A program made the position numbers and the translations under genes. From positions 170,408-234,407 of the forward strand of contig JBAZWB010000002.1 in assembly GCA_041660605.1 (NCBI GenBank): a stretch of DNA of 64,000 nt, given 5' to 3'. Under the pieces are notes generated by a model, which did not search any database, was not told the DNA's origin, and saw only the letters and a program-made list of their open reading frames with translations. Below, one piece after another: positions 31,901 through 39,900 of this stretch. Within the stretch, counting starts at the first letter, position 1. Every line of letters begins with the position of its first letter. Source of the stretch: Patescibacteria group bacterium (GTDB lineage Bacteria; Patescibacteriota; Patescibacteriia; UBA10025; JAHIVO01).

Positions 31901-32057
31901 CCACGGTGGTGAGGGTAATATCGCCAATGCCAAAAATCGCCAATGCCGGTTTTGGCTGCAGGGCGATTGGCAGGGATATCTGCAATACAAAAAACATCAT
32001 GGCGCCAAAAATTGCCCACCTTTTGCCTCTGCTTATTTTCGTCCCCTTATTGAACAT
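22980..32057 (-). CDS. Giant Cys-rich exported/surface protein (3025 aa) with two dockerin-like, several CBM-like and a C-terminal PKD-like module
   Basis: N-terminal signal/TM; RGDINKDGTVDDAD..ADLNNSGNLSKED and RGDTNNDNEINIGD..GDADNDGDVDMDD; NLIYNGGLE/IDDIMV-type jelly-roll motifs; CxGGxxxxxxC repeats; VNWGDGS..THTY. Confidence 0.8.
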   Translation of the reverse strand: MFNKGTKISRGKRWAIFGAMMFFVLQISLPIALQPKPALAIFGIGDITLTTVVANPAAKLMEAVSKAIKTASDVAFKNILKNYLNNLAYNYAVKIATGKPGQKPLFVTNPSTLLKQTADAAAGDFLDSMANSWSSGTCQGHNYQSCGSDNDCKSYAPLLLCPKNAIPSSPCAFGQGSGACFTECDSSVEAKQFCISRGCILLECGKNQSCPSWEGSGQVPEKYKNYEFAPRTGAPQCIKDFSLCEPQDITTKIKLQTWAREATFGGPQDVSAKCTLSEIIDNVNATSKQRLFEFSKSFNPEATEIGAYLEIVRKADEEAAKAEDNKKFTQSLSGEMEPATTAVTKENKTPAKFIEQAQGVLFNQSISQSLVQTGSMVADAVGTFTNTLASKLLDRLINQGWNPFASKGGTKSSTSLFADIFGGTSPGITAAKLLFSDLQKTEYSTGGAEEVLPTLASCPDTENSTPDTCVIDNRLQTAIEQELTVQQAIDQGLLDAKDDSNKIFGFYSDGTQPEYYNGYPYRSLVILRKYRIIPVGWELAAKYIRDYAKQDYTLSDLIAEYDNPISPFYRLVDPNWVLKSPEIFCKREGSGEKVVSTQAIRSEDTNGDGTVDLKDVANNMVQRQDNYCADEQMCLAENDDGTCKKFGYCVEEKPIWKFNSESCESQYNSCQSLANSTGDEVAYLTSTTNTDGCNSSNVGCSWYCQDWNAATGKWNCTGEPPTMLGTGGKISFNNSITACDASSEGCTQLIRQYGAGANLIYNGGLEQFGKGVAGDDGIKDTALPDSFDDWNYNKNCAGSACGDSLVAVSDAYEGSTAARIKMYPGSNDSAILYIGDTSSGSPTIVSTGYLTDHRTFTLSLYAKRAADDPDCTGNAGQLDIDLMRPIDAANSEVHPSSINVSDEWRRYVYTITYPSIPTGQWGSAWMMQGIVPLITRPDDIACDVIIDDIMVQEGASSNYIAYEDNPKTNLRIAPDFLSCTGNSQSDNQACGEYALFCSANEVGCELYTSLTSNQKVSGIISDPNNCDPNNPDSCDQCPAEFVGCRAYREMPIEHVPQRPARDPVSFIATTGQSCNASAVGCEEYTNLDAVGQGGEGKEYYSNIRLCVQEDDASIKTFYAWEGSDEFGYQLKKYSLKQSNWPDLTNPGEFGPCTNMMAENSALAPENRWPNCVDGKDFDDNGDGFLESHLAATCLAAEVGVNPDCTEFYDDNGLTYYYLKSRVIFASADCNAYRNSIDGASAIYHLIPKQSVSCSASQNGCRSYKGNAGDNVRQVYSESFENGTISPWIGNVTYSNESVNVGGHSMLINNNGAIANVGTALGMTADKSYEVSFWAKATADTPITFTLNTATPLVFPGQAVAGAEDWNQFHLGPVYVPAGTDLSAVQLVAFGTNAFYIDNIIINEVYENTYLIKDSYKECSGYENCDQYKDRSNTIHYLKSFTRLCRDDKVGCEAMIDTKNTVGPSASDYTVANVNRFLRGDINKDGTVDDADQTLLDICINSAVGCPDPAEIADLNNSGNLSKEDSTYLYQFLHNGGPSPLPRYITGQVKTGVANDSMIFVVNDPEKSCSATAVGCERLGKPVIEADGSVSSFSDAYLANQPDNYGQTMCYYENSSCNEYTSSSGAKYYFKDPGKAVCNFTKVPGQSVAGWYQSGTTEGTANCPVTNGVCVGGHNKGQACNTALNNQEFNDCDDWPSIGADLCVPRDKIVAQPAAGWVGACPATATGCTEYRDPENPVDYSDPDHPKPCDVYLADGGGDGVLTYDCNSYYYLSGNVDKSSCNNLVDRKSGCLMFNDTSVPTLNYDATETKNEESPALCTIPRNSRIMRGDTNNDNEINIGDPQLIGAYLNGTGTITPVERGDADNDGDVDMDDINYIVAYIFSGGDPPLPQYLETNCDSNSVIQAKKDRVCNKWLECADKLITTNESGQNQDLCLKLKLCDEMDEQTGVCTDEVQYERVNDTYSSPAFADKIKNYSGMVLAGMDWDKRCSKNMNYVCDIDADCMRCGGGVRADEICTVGGDCPGGDCVDNGTCSPEPQLTEGDFPYQAMEEVGTTSPQGDIISYGDFGDSSYFKNAELSKVLSAVDESGQADAPLEIEFSKLTPTQSIGLWSARQNPILPPNSLPAPVMLWGEEAASGQIPSPNANLDENNIGHVVAAGNYTGATYDLQTRVFKGEEYAVSFKIKTNQVFRPDDYIYVQLEYLDNDGNQINAPNGTYMTFDRIKPSLEWQKFALGPITAGVDDDGNDDAKDFVNARLNIIYVRDSLLTPFTDLEFYLDDVSMKPVLQVQERKCIGGANDGNYCETDDNCPSGYCYTQTNLARSCRMYPNAEAPYCTYTDENNTTFNGWYGYCIESDPNNSKYCLNWWPVDLISGETDIFSNLKTTQYSGRRPLYYCMEAPGNNKPSMTLSTTTNEGTFPAATTGDNYYIQPLTASQWHDDEFASTVYTNSWIVQTGGDDACQPYPPSIWPGNPPGADCNWSSTNSYYDSKITSNITEDDISRVELEWVTNASFGWGGYSGYFTPETMTTAGYACNKNSSPLKCDSGAAAGRVDRVVSGSDRIWRLYPIDTCHENSGYQCMWLQIIFDNNTGKLKEIRTIGEDSTAGKDEYGAFHLNFYLKESCSAIAQAVDLSEEPIAWSSRTGSSSTYILQDNPPPPDVPEGLKYQYEQDYKPFGAFVNPSTSQGRNELDPTSWPMIPVEQRENPLTSNNARAGSPYSCVGNCWDRGCNWDETNDCSSNDLTSKCLAHNDGNMDLNDGICVGLGSGFCLKDTKIRCTENAQCTGADNRCVLEGAGVFASGRTRTDAINTIKRLFAKPVAGWGWDSQQRQYIKIGVGSSFMDDWINGYDISGKHYFGYNDMPVCNVATRPDNLGDDPGDYCGMPPVVSDIRVGRSQTTMAEPDPLNPVSLSLWTGEVHLAFNVNVDKEQKPLKRIEVNWGDGSNFIIQGKYDSNTIYLTHTYNFAQPFTPYNPADPNGTGVRIKIVDNWDWCGVTAAGVCVSGDCRWNADGDDCDYLQTYITYDPT

Positions 32058-32098
32058 GATTGATATTTAGCTGAAAAACTATTTTCGGGAATTATTTT

Positions 32099-32941
32099 TT
32101 ACTGGGTTTGAAAATTTTGAGCCAAGCTTTCCAGGTATATTTGTTTGAGAGTTGCGTCGTCCAATTGATTCAATGTATCTTCGGGCACCCCATTCTGTAC
32201 CAGTAATGAACGGATTTCCGCGATGGTAAGATTGGCCAGCTGTTCATAAGTTACCCCGCCCGTATCCTGAGTATTCGTATTGGTCGCGGAGTTAGTATTG
32301 GCATTACCGCCTTCTTCTTCCAGTATTTGCTGGTAAGTGGCAATCAAAGTTTCGTCATCCAGCTGGTTCAGGCTGTCTTCAGGCACGCCGGCATTCAGTA
32401 GTACATCCCTTAATTGCTGGGTGGTCAGGTTGCCATAGACTGAATTAGTGTTGGTTGGCTTCAAATCAGTTAAAAATCCACTGTTGGTATTACTGGAATT
32501 TGTGCTTGAGGTATTGCTATTGGTTTCGTTGCCGCAGGCAGTGCCCTGTGGGCAGTTTGGATCAGAGCCCTGGTCTATTTCAATTTTATCGCTGATTTTA
32601 TCACTGTCGCTATCCGATAGATACGGGCTGGTGCCAAACACGTATAATTCATCATAATCAGACAGGCCATCCTGATCGGTATCCTTATCGCGCAAATTCT
32701 CCAGCGCTGCCAGTGAATTAGTATTAATCCCCAGCTCATCGGCGTTAACGCTGAAATTAGCCTCTGAATTCTCAGAATTGGCTATTTTTTTAATTTCAAA
32801 GGGGCTGTTTAATTGCCATATTATATACCAACCTCCGAAACCGACTGATAATAAAGCGATAACCGATAGCAAGAGCAATCCTTGTTTTCTTAAACGCTGC
32901 TCCTTTTTATCATTAAAAATTGGAGTTTTTTCCTGTTCCAT
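32099..32941 (-). CDS. Membrane-anchored protein with Ca-binding DxDxDG (TSP3-like) repeats and a duplicated helical module
   Basis: Single TM; DTDQDGLSDYDE..GTSP..DSDSDKISD..GSDP; GVPEDxLNQLDDxTL occurs twice. Confidence 0.75.
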   Translation of the reverse strand: MEQEKTPIFNDKKEQRLRKQGLLLLSVIALLSVGFGGWYIIWQLNSPFEIKKIANSENSEANFSVNADELGINTNSLAALENLRDKDTDQDGLSDYDELYVFGTSPYLSDSDSDKISDKIEIDQGSDPNCPQGTACGNETNSNTSSTNSSNTNSGFLTDLKPTNTNSVYGNLTTQQLRDVLLNAGVPEDSLNQLDDETLIATYQQILEEEGGNANTNSATNTNTQDTGGVTYEQLANLTIAEIRSLLVQNGVPEDTLNQLDDATLKQIYLESLAQNFQTQ

Positions 32942-32996
32942 ATATTGAAGCTGATTTTTGTTTTTCCAGTGGCTGGAGTAATAATTTTACCTCTCC

Positions 32997-33025
32997 ATTA
33001 TATCATAATATGTCAAATCTGTCAA
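32997..33025 (-). promoter_or_regulatory. Consensus sigma70 promoter for the surface-protein operon
   Basis: TTGACA-17 bp-TATAAT with extended TGn, 56 bp upstream of 32941. Confidence 0.7.
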
Positions 33026-33027
33026 AC

Positions 33028-33897
33028 TTACTTTCTGGCTAGTATTTCCAGTTCTTTGGTAATTTCTATCCATTGATTTATTGATAATTCCTGAGCTCTG
33101 ATCATCTGGTTTAAATCTATTTTTGAAAGTATTTTGCTGATTTCCTTGCCTGTGACTCCGAGGCCTCCGGATAAATTATTATGCAGCTGCTTTCTTTTTG
33201 CGGAAAATCCTAATTTAATAATTTTGAATAATTCTTTCTGATCCAGGCCATTTAAGCTTTGCAGATAATTATTCGGATCTTTGCCGATTTCTTTTATCTG
33301 CAATATCGCGGAGTCAACCTGCGGTTCCGGCCAAAAATCGCTTTTCGGTATATAACTGATGACGCGGGGGGAGCCGAAAAACTGTACGGCCACGCTTAAT
33401 AAGCTCAGGCTGCCCGGCTGTGCGCAGATACGGTCAGCCACCTCTTTCTGCACGAGTAAAGTCATGGCGCTCGGCCGCGGCTGATACTCTAAAAAATTTC
33501 TTAAAACCAGGGAAGTGATATTATACGGCAGATTGGCCACCAACTTGTAGCTTAGGTCAGGAAACCCAGCTGAAATTACCTTCCAATTCTGAAAAATATC
33601 CCCCAAAACCGCTTTTAAATTCGGGCTGACTGCGGAAATCTTCTGCAAAGCCCCAAACAGGCGTTTATCCATCTCAACGGTGGTTATTTGCCCGGCTTTT
33701 TCCAGCAGGGCGGTGGTCAGCGTCCCGAAACCGCCGCCGATTTCCAAAACCTTATCGTTAGAATTCAGATTGGCTGATTCAACTATTTTATTCAGGGTTT
33801 TTTCGGAGACGAGAAAATTCTGGCCGCTGCTGCGCGACGGCCAAAAATCGTACTTCCGGCACAAAAACTGGATGGTTTTTTTAGACGTTAAGTGCAT
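33028..33897 (-). CDS. rsmA: 16S rRNA m6,2A dimethyltransferase
   Basis: GQNFL, VLEIGGGFGTLT, VANLPYNIT, QKEVADR, FWPEPQVDSA. Confidence 0.95.
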   Translation of the reverse strand: MHLTSKKTIQFLCRKYDFWPSRSSGQNFLVSEKTLNKIVESANLNSNDKVLEIGGGFGTLTTALLEKAGQITTVEMDKRLFGALQKISAVSPNLKAVLGDIFQNWKVISAGFPDLSYKLVANLPYNITSLVLRNFLEYQPRPSAMTLLVQKEVADRICAQPGSLSLLSVAVQFFGSPRVISYIPKSDFWPEPQVDSAILQIKEIGKDPNNYLQSLNGLDQKELFKIIKLGFSAKRKQLHNNLSGGLGVTGKEISKILSKIDLNQMIRAQELSINQWIEITKELEILARK

Positions 33898-33898
33898 G

Positions 33899-35086
33899 CT
33901 AAGTTGTAGCGACTTTTTTTACGTCTTTTAAAAATAAATAAAAAAGCGAGAAAATAGCGGCCAGGATAAACAAAGGCACCCAGGGAGAACTAAATATATA
34001 AATAATTATTATCGCCAGCAGAGCGGCAAAAAACTTCGCCACCGCCAAAGATTGCTCAAAAAATACCGCATAAGATAAAGCCCCGATCTCCTTAGCCTTG
34101 CTGTAGGTAATCACCTGGAGCGGGACAAAAAGCATTTCCTTGGAAAATCTTGAGGAAGCGTCCAATCCGAAAACGTGCCAGGGGACGGAGGCGAAACCTC
34201 GCAGCAGCCAGGTAAAAAAATAAATGATTATTCCGGAACGCATAATTTTGTCCCGCCGGTACTTGTCAGAAGCGCGGCCAAGATACAAAACGATAATGCT
34301 GGTTACAAATGTTGTTACGGCTATCAAGGCGCCTATTTCCAGATAATTCTTGACTACTATGAAAATAAAGACCGGCCAAAGCGTCAGCACGATCATTTCT
34401 TCACCAAAACCGAAATAAGCCAGAGAGTAACGCCGGTGCTCTTTGTCAAAAAGCTGGCGCCAGGCCTGCGAATACGAGTAATCCATCTTGCCATGGATCT
34501 CTTTTATCCTGAAAAGCGGTATGGAGGAAATTATAAATAATATGGAAGCGCAAAAAAATAAAACGCCGAAGCTAGTCCATTCAATTATCGCTCCGCCAAT
34601 CAACGGGCCGAGAATATAGACGAAAACGCTCAGCGTTTCCAGGCCGCCGACTTCGCGGCCGCGCTGGCCATCCTGAGAAAATGAGACGAAATCAGCGTGA
34701 TAAGCCGGCCAATAAAACGATTTATAAAGAGCGCAAAAAAGCGGAGCAATATAAAAAAGCAGTCCGACCTGGGGAATGGAAAATAATAATATAAAGTAGA
34801 ATATCAGTACAAACTGGCTGTAAAAAATTGAGTGCTCCAAACCGATCCGGCTTATAACCCTCCCAAAAAGCGGCAGCAGCAGCACATATGCGCCATAGAT
34901 GATCAGATAGAACAACATGATTGACTGCAGCGAATAACCGAGAGTATATAAATAAATCGGCTCAAAAATCGTCACTGCCGCCAGGGCAAAATCCTTCAAG
35001 CCCACGGACCAGTACAGATCTTTTAAACCTTGCGACGGGTGCTGAGAAAAATAGTGAGGCCTTTGAAATTTGATTTTTTTAAACAT
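33899..35086 (-). CDS. MFS transporter
   Basis: About 12 hydrophobic segments; GRASDKYRR loop; GPLIGG. Confidence 0.85.
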   Translation of the reverse strand: MFKKIKFQRPHYFSQHPSQGLKDLYWSVGLKDFALAAVTIFEPIYLYTLGYSLQSIMLFYLIIYGAYVLLLPLFGRVISRIGLEHSIFYSQFVLIFYFILLFSIPQVGLLFYIAPLFCALYKSFYWPAYHADFVSFSQDGQRGREVGGLETLSVFVYILGPLIGGAIIEWTSFGVLFFCASILFIISSIPLFRIKEIHGKMDYSYSQAWRQLFDKEHRRYSLAYFGFGEEMIVLTLWPVFIFIVVKNYLEIGALIAVTTFVTSIIVLYLGRASDKYRRDKIMRSGIIIYFFTWLLRGFASVPWHVFGLDASSRFSKEMLFVPLQVITYSKAKEIGALSYAVFFEQSLAVAKFFAALLAIIIIYIFSSPWVPLFILAAIFSLFYLFLKDVKKVATT

Positions 35087-35098
35087 AGTGTTAATTAT

Positions 35099-35191
35099 GC
35101 ATATAGCATATAGTGTATGGCATATAGTTCATTAAGCTAGAAAAATATTATATCGCTTACTATACGCTATATGCTATAAGCCATATACTAC
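35099..35191. repeat. Inverted pair of degenerate heptamer tandem arrays
   Basis: tatagca/tatagtg/tatggca/tatag ... ctatacg/ctatatg/ctataag/ccatata. Confidence 0.7.
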
Positions 35192-35802
35192 TAAACAACC
35201 TTTACCGGCCCTTTTCGTATTACCTTGATCTTATTATCAACCACCTGCGCTACCGTGGAAACAGGCACCTCCGGCAGATCTCCGGCATCCAGCAGCAGGT
35301 CTGGCTGCGTTTCACTGTCCTGGAACATGCGCGTAACGCATTCCGGCGAATAACAATTGCCCTTGCCGGTAATATTGGCACTGGTTGAGGTCAACGGTTT
35401 ATTGCAGACTTTAACTAACGCCTGTGCCACCAGCGAATCGGGTATGCGTACTCCGATGGTAGGCAATCCCAGTGTGAGAAAAGGCGGGACGCTGTCTTTT
35501 TTATTGAAAATCACTGTCAGCGGACCAGGCCAATATTTAGCAATTAACTTTTTTTCTTTAGGCGTGACTTCCGCCACCTTTGACAGCATGGCCAGTGAGT
35601 TAACGATTATCGGCAGGGGTTTCTGCACGCGGTGCTTGATAATAAAAAGTTTGCCAATGGACTTCTCGTCCAGGGCGTTGGCAGCCAGGCCATAGGCCGT
35701 GTCTGTCGGGTAAGCAACGACTCCGCCGGCCAGAATAATGCTGACTGCCTGTTTGATCGCGCTACTCTCTGGTTTTTTTAGGTTTATTTTTATTACCTGC
35801 AT
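35191..35802 (-). CDS. tsaC: L-threonylcarbamoyladenylate synthase (TsaC/YrdC)
   Basis: VAYPTDTAYGL, KHR, WPGPLT, GVRIP, TSTSAN. Confidence 0.92.
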   Translation of the reverse strand: MQVIKINLKKPESSAIKQAVSIILAGGVVAYPTDTAYGLAANALDEKSIGKLFIIKHRVQKPLPIIVNSLAMLSKVAEVTPKEKKLIAKYWPGPLTVIFNKKDSVPPFLTLGLPTIGVRIPDSLVAQALVKVCNKPLTSTSANITGKGNCYSPECVTRMFQDSETQPDLLLDAGDLPEVPVSTVAQVVDNKIKVIRKGPVKVV

Positions 35803-35805
35803 TTT

Positions 35806-36276
35806 TTATCTGTTTAAATATTTTTTAATCGTCTTTTTTTTCAAATCCCAGTCTGACTGCGGAAGTTTCTTTAGTTTCAAATCGCTCATGACATGGCTGG
35901 TGACCAGACCAAGGCTTTTCTCGCTTAATTCCTGGGTCGGGAAGCCAAAATACATGTTGCGATGGGACAATTGCCGGATAAAATCCTCCAGCATGGCCAA
36001 GGGTTCTTCATTAACTGTCAGAGTCAGCGGATGGGCGAAAGATGGCGCGCTGTAAACCATGTAAATCGGAATGTAATCTTCCGCTTGTTCCTCCCAGCTG
36101 TAACCGGAATATTTTTCGATTAATTCCAGAATATTGTTGATATGCGCCTCATAAATTTTTTCAAAATCAGCCCCAATCGTGATAATCCTCAGCCAGGCAT
36201 CTTCAAAAATTCCTTCTTCATTATAAAGACGCTTGGCATATTCCTGATTGTAGATAATATCCGTGATTGGTAGCAT
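35806..36276 (-). CDS. Hypothetical protein (156 aa)
   Basis: ORF ends 3 nt before tsaC; no recognised motif. Confidence 0.65.
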   Translation of the reverse strand: MLPITDIIYNQEYAKRLYNEEGIFEDAWLRIITIGADFEKIYEAHINNILELIEKYSGYSWEEQAEDYIPIYMVYSAPSFAHPLTLTVNEEPLAMLEDFIRQLSHRNMYFGFPTQELSEKSLGLVTSHVMSDLKLKKLPQSDWDLKKKTIKKYLNR

Positions 36277-36364
36277 ACAAGTAATTTACCATTTTTTTCC
36301 CTGTTTGAGGAGGAGAAATGGAAAAAGCTATTTTTTATTAACCTTTATGTATTTACCGTATACT

Positions 36365-36460
36365 CCTCTCCCCGCGGGAGAGGGACTAATAACACGAACC
36401 CTCAGGTAATTAATCAGGCATTCCTCTCCTTGAGGAAAGGAACTGAAGGTGAGGTGTTAT
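36365..36460. repeat. ~96-bp palindrome-containing repeat, copy A
   Basis: cctctcccc-gc-gggagagg..taat..attaatcag..ttcctctcc..ggaactgaaggtgagg..ttat; imperfect direct repeat of 36814-36910. Confidence 0.8.
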
Positions 36461-36797
36461 TTACAAACCTGTATATTTCTTCCAATACACCATCAATATT
36501 TTCATATACTTCATTAGCCCAAACTCTGATAACCGAGTAACCGCGTCGCTTGAGATAAAAATCACGTTGCCTGTCTCGCTCTATTTGCTTGGGAAAATTA
36601 TGACCGCCACCATCAACTTCTAAAACCAATTTGTGCTCCATGGCACAGAAATCAGCAATATACGGCCCGATTGGGCACTGACGCCGAAATTTAATATTCA
36701 TGAATCTTCTATTCCTTAATAATGACCACATTATTGCTTCCGTCTGGGTTTGCCTTTTTCTAAGGCTACGAGCGATTTTTGTCATTTTTTTAGCCAT
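36414..36797 (-). CDS. DUF559 (Vsr-like PD-(D/E)XK) endonuclease
   Basis: ARSLRKRQTQTE..W..LRNRR..KFRRQCPIGPYIADF..LVLEVDGGGH..DRQRD..L..G..VIR. Start placed at MAKK (36797) because the upstream ATG lies inside the repeat. Confidence 0.88.
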   Translation of the reverse strand: MAKKMTKIARSLRKRQTQTEAIMWSLLRNRRFMNIKFRRQCPIGPYIADFCAMEHKLVLEVDGGGHNFPKQIERDRQRDFYLKRRGYSVIRVWANEVYENIDGVLEEIYRFVNNTSPSVPFLKERNA

Positions 36798-36813
36798 TGA
36801 ATACCTCTCCTGG

Positions 36814-36910
36814 CCTCTCCCCATGGGAGAGGGATTAATACATTCACCCTTGGGCTATTAATCAGTCCTTCCTCTCCCTCCGGGAGAGGAACCGAAGGTG
36901 AGGGGGTTAT
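36814..36910. repeat. ~97-bp palindrome-containing repeat, copy B
   Basis: cctctcccc-at-gggagagg..attaatcag..ttcctctccctccgggagaggaaccgaaggtgagg..ttat; abuts the leuS stop. Confidence 0.8.
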
Positions 36911-39900
36911 ACTACAAAATTTATTAATCGGCCTGGCACAAAAATCGTTTTTTTCGGCTGCTTGCCTCCCAGCCATTTTTTAATCTTTTCACTGGCCAGT
37001 GCCCTCTCCTGCGCCTCTGTTTCAGAAATTCCGGCTGGCACAGTAAACTGGTCGCGCACCCTGCCGTTCACCTGCACCACGAGGGTTATTTCTGCTTTAA
37101 CAATCAATTTCGGATCAAATTCTGGCCATTTTTCATTAAAAATACTCTTCTTATGACCTAACTTTTCCCACAATTCTTCGGCCAAATGCGGGGCAAAAGG
37201 CGATAAAAGCACTAAAAATGTTTCATATGCTTCACGTGGAACAATTTCCTCGGAAAACCATTCATTACTGGCCTCCATAAAATGGCTGACACAGGTGTTA
37301 AATTTAAAATTTTCAATATCATTAGTAATAAACTTAATCAGGGTATGCAATGATCTTTTCCCCTTATTAAGCTCGACATCGGCCACATTTTCACCGGCTT
37401 TATAAAGCCTATCTAAAAACCGGCGCACACCAATAATCCCCTGCATATTCCACGGCTTGGCGTCCTCAAACGGCCCCATGAACATTTCATACATGCGCAT
37501 GGTATCCGCGCCGTATTTTTCTATTACCTCGTCGGGATTAACGACGTTACCGCGCGACTTGGACATCTTTTGCCCGTCTTCTCCGAGGATTAATCCCTGA
37601 TTTTTTAATTTTTTAAACGGCTCATCTCCGCATTTCTCCGGCACCGCTTTGATATCAAATAAAAACTTGTAAATAAACCGCGCGTACAGCAGATGTAAAA
37701 CTGCGTGCTCTGCCCCGCCGATATATAGATTAACCGGCAGCCACTTCTTTAATTTCTCAGGATCAGCCAGTTGCTTATCATTATGCGCATCACAGTAGCG
37801 CAGGAAATACCAGTTTGACCCGGCCCATTGCGGCATGGTATTGGTCTCGCGTCTGGCCGGACCCCCGCACTGCGGACATTTGACGTTTACCCATTCTTTA
37901 ATATTGGCCAGCGGCGATTCGCCTGTGCCGGTGGGCTCGTATTTTTTTACGTCAGGAAGCAGTACCGGCAAATCTTTCTCCGGAACAGGCACCTGGCCGC
38001 ATATCTCACAATGTATGATCGGTATTGGTTCACCCCAATACCGTTGTCGGCTAAATAGCCAATCGCGTAGTTTGTAATTAATCGTAGCTTGAGCAACTGA
38101 TGAATTTGACGAGCTTTTCGGAAAGAATGGTAATATTTCCGGTAATGATGTCACACCTCCGGTAGATTCGCTGAAATGCGATTTACCTGGCATACAATGA
38201 ATCTCGGCTTCTGGAAGGTTTTCCTTATAATATGCCATGCTTTCGGGAGGAACGTATGGATCATTATCCGAGTGGATAATTATGAACCGTTTTGCCAGCG
38301 AGCGTATTTTTGGCCAATTAAAATTTTGGGCGCTGCTCATGTTCTTGACCGCGTCCCAATCGGCTTGGGGATACTTTTGCTTGAGTTGCGGCCAATATTG
38401 TAATGGATTTGTCGGCGCAACCAAAATAACCGTATCAACTTTTTTTTCTAATTGTTGTAGGTGAAATAAAATCGAAGCGCACCCTAGGCTATGCCCAACC
38501 AATACGGAATTTTCATTGATTCGCTGGTCGAACTGTCCAAGATACTCGTCCCATGAATTTAAAACCGGGTGGCCTGCGCCAGGCATAGTCGGGACTATCG
38601 TCTCCCAGCCGGCTTTATTAAGCTCCTCTTTCAGCCAAGGAAACCAATTTTCCCGTTTATGACCGCTGATCCCGTGAACGATAAGGCAGGCATTATGGAC
38701 CTGTTCTGTTTTGGAATTTAGCCACTCCACGATTTTTTTCCGGCCTTGTTCGCTGGAAATGCCGTTGAACTGCCCGGAATTAACCATCGTGCCGTCGCCG
38801 GTCCAGCATTGGCTCTCTAGATCCGCTTCTTTCACGCCCCAGGCAGACGCACTGCCCAGAGACGGATAGGTTTTCGGCATTACCGACGGGGGTTTGATGA
38901 CCTGGATAATTGGTAATTTAAACTTTTTGGCGAATTCAAAATCACGTTCGTCGTGAGCGGGGACAGCCATGATCGCTCCGGTGCCGTAAGTTGATAAAAC
39001 GTAATCCGCGATCCAGACCGGTATTTTCGCGTTATTAACGGGATTAATGGCGTAAGCGCCGGTGAACACCCCGGTTTTTTCCTTGGCTAAGTCTGTTCTT
39101 TCTAAATCAGACTTGGCGGCAGATTCTTTTTTGTATTTTTCCACAGCTTTAAATTGTTTCTCGGTCGTGATCAAATCAACCAGCTCGTGCTCTGGTGACA
39201 AAACCATATAGGTAGCACCAAACAACGTGTCAGGACGGGTAGTAAACACGGAGATAACCTTGAACTTAGAACTTAGAACTTCTGATAACTTACGACGCGG
39301 TTCTTTGTTCCCAGTCCAAAGTTCAAAGTTAACAATCGCTCCTTCCGACCGGCCAATCCAATTCCGTTGCAATGTTTTAATAGATTCCGGCCAGTCCAAA
39401 TCGTCCAAGCCGTGCAATAGCCGCTCAATGTATTTTTCATCGGTAATTTTCACCAGCCACTGCTTGATTTTCTTTTTCACCACCGGTGTGCCGCAACGCT
39501 CGCATTTGCCGTTAATTACCTCTTCATTAGCCAGACCGGTTTTGTCTTTTGGACACCAGTTAATGGGAGCGTAACTTTCATAAGCTAAGCCATGTTTGAA
39601 AAGCTGCAGAAAAATCCACTGCGTCCATTTATAATATTCTGGATCAGAGGTGATGACTTCACGTTTCCAGTCATAGGAAAAACCCAGGCTTTTTATCTGC
39701 CGGCGCATGTTATTAATATTTTTTGCGGTGGTAGTAGCTGGATGTGTACCGGTTTTGATGGCATAATTTTCTGCCGGCAGGCCAAAAGAATCAAAGCCCA
39801 TTGGGTGCAGGACATGATAACCCTTCATCCTATAAAACCGCGCGACAATGTCCGAAGCGGTATACCCCTCGGGGTGTCCGACATGCAAGCCCTGGGCGGA

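Noticed and set aside
36782-36976. 64-aa ORF containing PSPSVPLPEGEEG
   Set aside because: It is a translation of the palindromic repeat overlapping the leuS end.
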